Of a stretch of DNA of 64,000 bases, positions 60,334 to 64,000 are shown one piece after another. The position numbers were made by a program, and so were the translations under genes. Position 1 is the stretch's first letter, and each line of letters starts with the position of its first letter. The DNA comes from Pseudomonas aeruginosa PAO1 (GTDB taxonomy: Bacteria > Pseudomonadota > Gammaproteobacteria > Pseudomonadales > Pseudomonadaceae), in the NCBI RefSeq assembly GCF_000006765.1, contig NC_002516.2. One strand, written 5' to 3'. Under the pieces are notes generated by a model. It did not search any database. It was not told the origin of the DNA and saw only the letters and a program-made list of their open reading frames with translations.

Positions 60334-61656
60334 CTAGAGATCGGCGTTGAGGGTGCGCGAGAACTGCTGCACCGCTTCTACCACCTTGTGCGTGCTCTCG
60401 CGGATGCCAAGGATCGCCGCGCCGGCCTCGTTGGCCAGCTCCACGCCGCGCCGCGCCTGTTCCTGGCTGTGCTGCATGTCGTCGATGACGCTGCGGGTGC
60501 CGGTCTGGATGCGACCGATCATGTCGGCGATCTCCTTGGTCGACTTGCTGGTGCGTTCCGCCAGTTGCCGCACCTCGTCGGCCACCACGGCGAAGCCGCG
60601 ACCCTGGTCGCCGGCGCGGGCGGCCTCGATGGCGGCATTGAGGGCGAGCAGGTTGGTCTGCTCGGCGATCTCGCGGATGGTGTTGACGATCGAGGTGATC
60701 TGTTGCGAGTGCTGTGACAGTTCGCCGATGTTCAGCGAGGAAGCATCCAGGGTATTCGCGATCTTGAGCATTTCCTCCACCGCGCTCTGGATGATCAGCG
60801 CGCCGTGTTCGGCGACCGTGCGGGTCTCGGTGGACAGGGTATGGGCCTGGTGGGCGTTGTCCGCCTCGGCCTGGTAGCGGCGCATGCGGTCGCTGACATC
60901 GCTGGCGAACTTGACCACCTTGTAGAGCTTGCCGTCGGCGTCGTAGACCGGGTTGTAGCTGGCTTCCAGCCAGACCGGCTGGCCGTTGCGGTGGACCCGG
61001 CGGAACTGCCCGGTGACGTACTCGCCGCGGTTCAGGCGGCGCCAGAGGTCGGCGTACTGTGGGCCGTCGCGGTAGCCCGGTTCGCAGAACTGACGGTGGT
61101 TGGCGCTGGCCAGCTCGGCCCGGCCATAGCCCATGGTGGCGAGGAAGTTGTCGTTGGCCGCGAGGACATTGCCGTCGAGGTCGAACTCGATCATCGCCAT
61201 CGAGCGGGACAGGGCATCCAGCTTGCTCTGCATCTCGTGTTCCTGGTGGACGATGGCATCGATGTCGCTGGCGTACTTGACCACCTTGAGCAGTCGACCC
61301 TGCCCGTCGCGTACGGGGTTGTAGGTGGCTTCCAGCCAGAGTGGCCGGCCCTCGCGGGTAATGCGCTTGCAGCGGCCGGAAAAGTGTTCGCCGCGCCGCA
61401 GGCGTTCCCAGAAGCGCCGGTAGTCTTCCGATTGCGCGTAGGCGCCGTCGCAAAGCTGGCGATGCGGTTTGCCGAGGATCTCGTCGCGGCGGTAGCCCAG
61501 CAGGGTCAGGAAATTCTCATTGGCATCGGTGATATTGCCGTCCGGATCGAACTCCACGCGCGCCATGGAGCGGTCCAGGGCCGCCATGTGCAGGCGCTCG
61601 GCGGCGAGTTGCTGTTGCAAGTCGGCGTTCATCTGTCGGTACTTGCGAGTGAACAT
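60334..61656 (-). CDS. bdlA: Soluble PAS-PAS-MCP chemoreceptor for biofilm dispersion
   Basis: Two PAS domains (DANENFL...W..L..G..F.G...WLEATYNP), then MCP core [37 protein letters not shown]. Start 61656 gives 440 aa; the usual annotation 61587 gives 417 aa. Confidence 0.93.
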   Translation of the reverse strand: MFTRKYRQMNADLQQQLAAERLHMAALDRSMARVEFDPDGNITDANENFLTLLGYRRDEILGKPHRQLCDGAYAQSEDYRRFWERLRRGEHFSGRCKRITREGRPLWLEATYNPVRDGQGRLLKVVKYASDIDAIVHQEHEMQSKLDALSRSMAMIEFDLDGNVLAANDNFLATMGYGRAELASANHRQFCEPGYRDGPQYADLWRRLNRGEYVTGQFRRVHRNGQPVWLEASYNPVYDADGKLYKVVKFASDVSDRMRRYQAEADNAHQAHTLSTETRTVAEHGALIIQSAVEEMLKIANTLDASSLNIGELSQHSQQITSIVNTIREIAEQTNLLALNAAIEAARAGDQGRGFAVVADEVRQLAERTSKSTKEIADMIGRIQTGTRSVIDDMQHSQEQARRGVELANEAGAAILGIRESTHKVVEAVQQFSRTLNADL

Positions 61657-61882
61657 GAGAAAAATCCTTGGATAGAGAGAGGGGCTCATCCCTGTCTTCG
61701 GCGCCGATGGGCGGGAGTTGAGAGGGTGGGACGATTGTATTTTTTCATCGAACGACAAAAATTCGTCGTTATTCTTAATGGGTGAAACAAATTACCGCCA
61801 TTCGTCGGAAATATGACGTTTTTGCGAGTGAGAGGAAGCCCCTCCGCCTGTGGCACACTGGGCCCCTTCCAGGAGTCGTCCC

Positions 61883-62494
61883 ATGCCACGTATCCGCTGC
61901 GAGCGTTGCGCTCGCCCCGCCAGCCATTGCCTCTGCGCGCTGATTCCCTCCTTGCCGTCGCGTACGCGGGTGCTGGTCCTGCAGCACCCCAGCGAGGTCG
62001 GGCACGCGTTGAATACCGCAGGATTGGCCGTCCTCGGCTTGTGCAATGCGGAGCTGCGGGTTGGCGAGCGTTTCGCCGAGGAGACCTGGCGGGTACCGGG
62101 CTACCGGGCCTGCCTGCTGTTTCCCGGCGAGCAGGCGCGTGCGCTGGCAGAGATGGCCGCCGAGGCCGCCGGCGAGCCCCTCCTGCTGGTGGTGCCGGAC
62201 GGCACCTGGCGCAAGGCGCGCAAGCTCCTGCACCTGAACCCGGCCCTGGCGGCCCTGCCGCGGGTGAGCCTGGCCGAAGGCATGGCGTCGCGTTATCGCC
62301 TGCGCAAGGCGCCGGGAGAGGGCGCGCTGTCGACCATCGAAGCAATCGCTGCGGCGCTCGACGAACTGGAGGCGCCGCGTACCCACGAAGCCTTGCTGAA
62401 ACCCTTCGATGCCCTGATCGAGGGGCAGATCGCGGCGATGGGCGAGGACACCTATCGGCGCAACCATCTCAGCCAGGAGCGCCGCCGCCGATAG
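61883..62494 (+). CDS. DTW-domain tRNA aminocarboxypropyltransferase (TapT-like)
   Basis: 203 aa; C..C.R....CLC, LQHPSE, NT, LLFP, PDGTW, YRLRK, LSTIEA. Confidence 0.9.
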   Translation: MPRIRCERCARPASHCLCALIPSLPSRTRVLVLQHPSEVGHALNTAGLAVLGLCNAELRVGERFAEETWRVPGYRACLLFPGEQARALAEMAAEAAGEPLLLVVPDGTWRKARKLLHLNPALAALPRVSLAEGMASRYRLRKAPGEGALSTIEAIAAALDELEAPRTHEALLKPFDALIEGQIAAMGEDTYRRNHLSQERRRR

Positions 62495-62787
62495 CGGTCG
62501 AGCAGTTCCGGGATTGCCGTTTCGCGCCAGAACTCCGGGCTGACCATGCCGCTGGACATGCCGCCGTGGGCGTGGCGCGCGAGGTAGATCAAGGCATCGT
62601 ATTCCAGCGAATGGCCGCTTAGGCGCTCGAAGGTCTCGCCGAGCAGGTGTTCCAGGGCCGCTGCGGAAGCCGGCCAGGACGCGTCCGCCAGTTGCCCGGC
62701 CATTTCCTGCCAGAGGTAGGGGTCGCCACGGCCGCCCCAGCGCGAGGGTTCCTGTTCGAAGAGTTCGGAGATGCGCGGTCTGGCCAT
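62452..62787 (-). CDS. Small hypothetical protein (111 aa)
   Basis: ATG 62787; MARPRISELFEQEPSRWGGRGDPYLW...HGGMSSGMVSPEFW; typical codon usage; 43-nt tail-to-tail overlap with the DTW gene. Confidence 0.65.
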   Translation of the reverse strand: MARPRISELFEQEPSRWGGRGDPYLWQEMAGQLADASWPASAAALEHLLGETFERLSGHSLEYDALIYLARHAHGGMSSGMVSPEFWRETAIPELLDRYRRRRSWLRWLRR

Positions 62788-62983
62788 GTCGGTCGGTCGT
62801 GTCTGTCGGAAACGAAAAGTATGCCCGATTGGCAGGGCCGCATGGGCGGAGTAGACTGCCGCGGTCTTTCCTTCCGTACGAGGTGTTCGTCCGATGCGCA
62901 ATTGATGCTGCCGTGTCTGCACGGCCGGTTTTCCGTCCCTGGCCCGAGGGCCCGGGGGAATGCATGGCATCAAGGGGGTATCC

Positions 62984-64000
62984 ATGACGAATACGTCGAC
63001 CCTGACGCTCGATGGCGTCTCTTTCCAGCTGCCGGACGGCAGCCTTCTGTTTTCCGATCTCGACGAAACCTTCGACACCCGGCACACCGGGCTGGTGGGA
63101 CGCAACGGCGTCGGCAAGTCGCTGCTCGCGCGCCTGCTCGCCGGACACTTGCAGCCGTCCAGCGGCAGCGTCCGGCGCCAGGGGCGCGTGCGCTACCTGG
63201 CGCAGCAGCTCGAACCGGCCGACTACCCGACCGTCGCCGATCTGGCCGGCGTCCGCCCATGGCTGGAGGCGCTGGCGCGGATCGAGGCGGGTAGCCTCGA
63301 CGCCGCCGACTACGAATGCCTGGGCGAGCGCTGGGACATCCGCCAACGCCTGGCCGACGCCCTGGCCGCCGAGGGGCTCGGCCATCTCCGCGCGGATACC
63401 CCGAGCGAACGCCTGAGCGGCGGCGAATGCATGCGCGTAGCGCTGCTCGGCGCATTCCTCGACGACGCCGACTTTCTCATCCTCGACGAACCGAGCAACC
63501 CTCTCGACGGGCCGGCACGCGCTTTGCTGCGGGCGCGCCTGGCGGCATGGGACGGCGGCCTGCTGCTGGTCAGCCATGACCGCGAACTGCTGGAGGGCAT
63601 GCAGCGGATCGTCGAGCTGTCGACCCTCGGCCTGCGCAGCTATGGCGGCGGCTATTCCTTCTACGCGCAGAGCCGGGAGGAGGCGCGCGAGGCCGCCGAA
63701 CGTCGCCTGGACCAGCGTCGTCTGGAGCGCAAGCGGCAGACCCTGGCCATGCGCGAACAGCAGCAGCGCCAGGAGCGGTGCCAGGCCAGCGGCCGGCGCG
63801 AAGGCAAGACGGCGAACCAGGCGAAGATCCTGCTCGGTGGGTTCAGGGAACGTAGCGAGGTCAGCGCCGGCAAGCTGCGCAACGCCCACCAGGCGGAGCG
63901 CGAGCGTCTCGACCGCGAGGTGCGCGAGGCTGCCCGGGAGGTCGAGGAGGCGTCGCCGCTGCTGCTCGATTCGCCCGATGCCGAACTGGCGGCACAGCGC
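62984..64000 (+). CDS. ABC-F family ATPase, 5' part (runs off the right edge)
   Basis: Manual translation from ATG 62984 (AGGGGG RBS): MTNTSTLTLDGVSF..., GLVGRNGVGKS, LSGGE, LILDEPSN, VSHDRELL, then a helical linker; open to the window end. Confidence 0.92.
   Translation, partial: MTNTSTLTLDGVSFQLPDGSLLFSDLDETFDTRHTGLVGRNGVGKSLLARLLAGHLQPSSGSVRRQGRVRYLAQQLEPADYPTVADLAGVRPWLEALARIEAGSLDAADYECLGERWDIRQRLADALAAEGLGHLRADTPSERLSGGECMRVALLGAFLDDADFLILDEPSNPLDGPARALLRARLAAWDGGLLLVSHDRELLEGMQRIVELSTLGLRSYGGGYSFYAQSREEAREAAERRLDQRRLERKRQTLAMREQQQRQERCQASGRREGKTANQAKILLGGFRERSEVSAGKLRNAHQAERERLDREVREAAREVEEASPLLLDSPDAELAAQR

Overview
Pseudomonas aeruginosa chromosomal segment. From recall, gene order and protein lengths are collinear with PAO1 PA1372-PA1425. 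Three parts stand out from the high-GC core. (1) Left edge (1-~1700): a visibly lower-GC accessory stretch with a superfamily-1 helicase that the ORF track missed (runs off the window; likely anti-phage) and a frameshifted arsR relic. (2) ~10.3-28.0 kb: a lower-GC island with a GspC-like protein plus a lipoprotein secretin (no other T2SS genes), then a Sec-exported 601-aa Ala/Gly/Thr/Asn-rich protein with its own strong promoter and terminator that resembles Aeromonas-type S-layer proteins. It is followed by a tightly coupled glycan operon (GalE, five GT2/GT4 enzymes, a GT8-sulfotransferase fusion, an orphan Wzt with carbohydrate-binding domain, a sulfotransferase-coiled-coil protein with WbdD-like architecture) and a convergent APS kinase. 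My best hypothesis is a cryptic or partner-borrowing S-layer plus sulfate-capped surface glycan system. (3) Core genes: fabF2, pdxB, aceK, a DSF-type sensor/regulator pair, a single-chain acyl-CoA carboxylase, a UvrD-like helicase, MscS, aphA, the sicX sRNA locus with an Anr box, a seven-gene gbuA catabolic operon, gbuR, bdlA, a DTW protein and a partial ABC-F ATPase. No CRISPR array, rRNA, tRNA, integrase or transposase was seen. PAO1 locus names and family comparisons come from memory and by-eye motif reading, not database searches.
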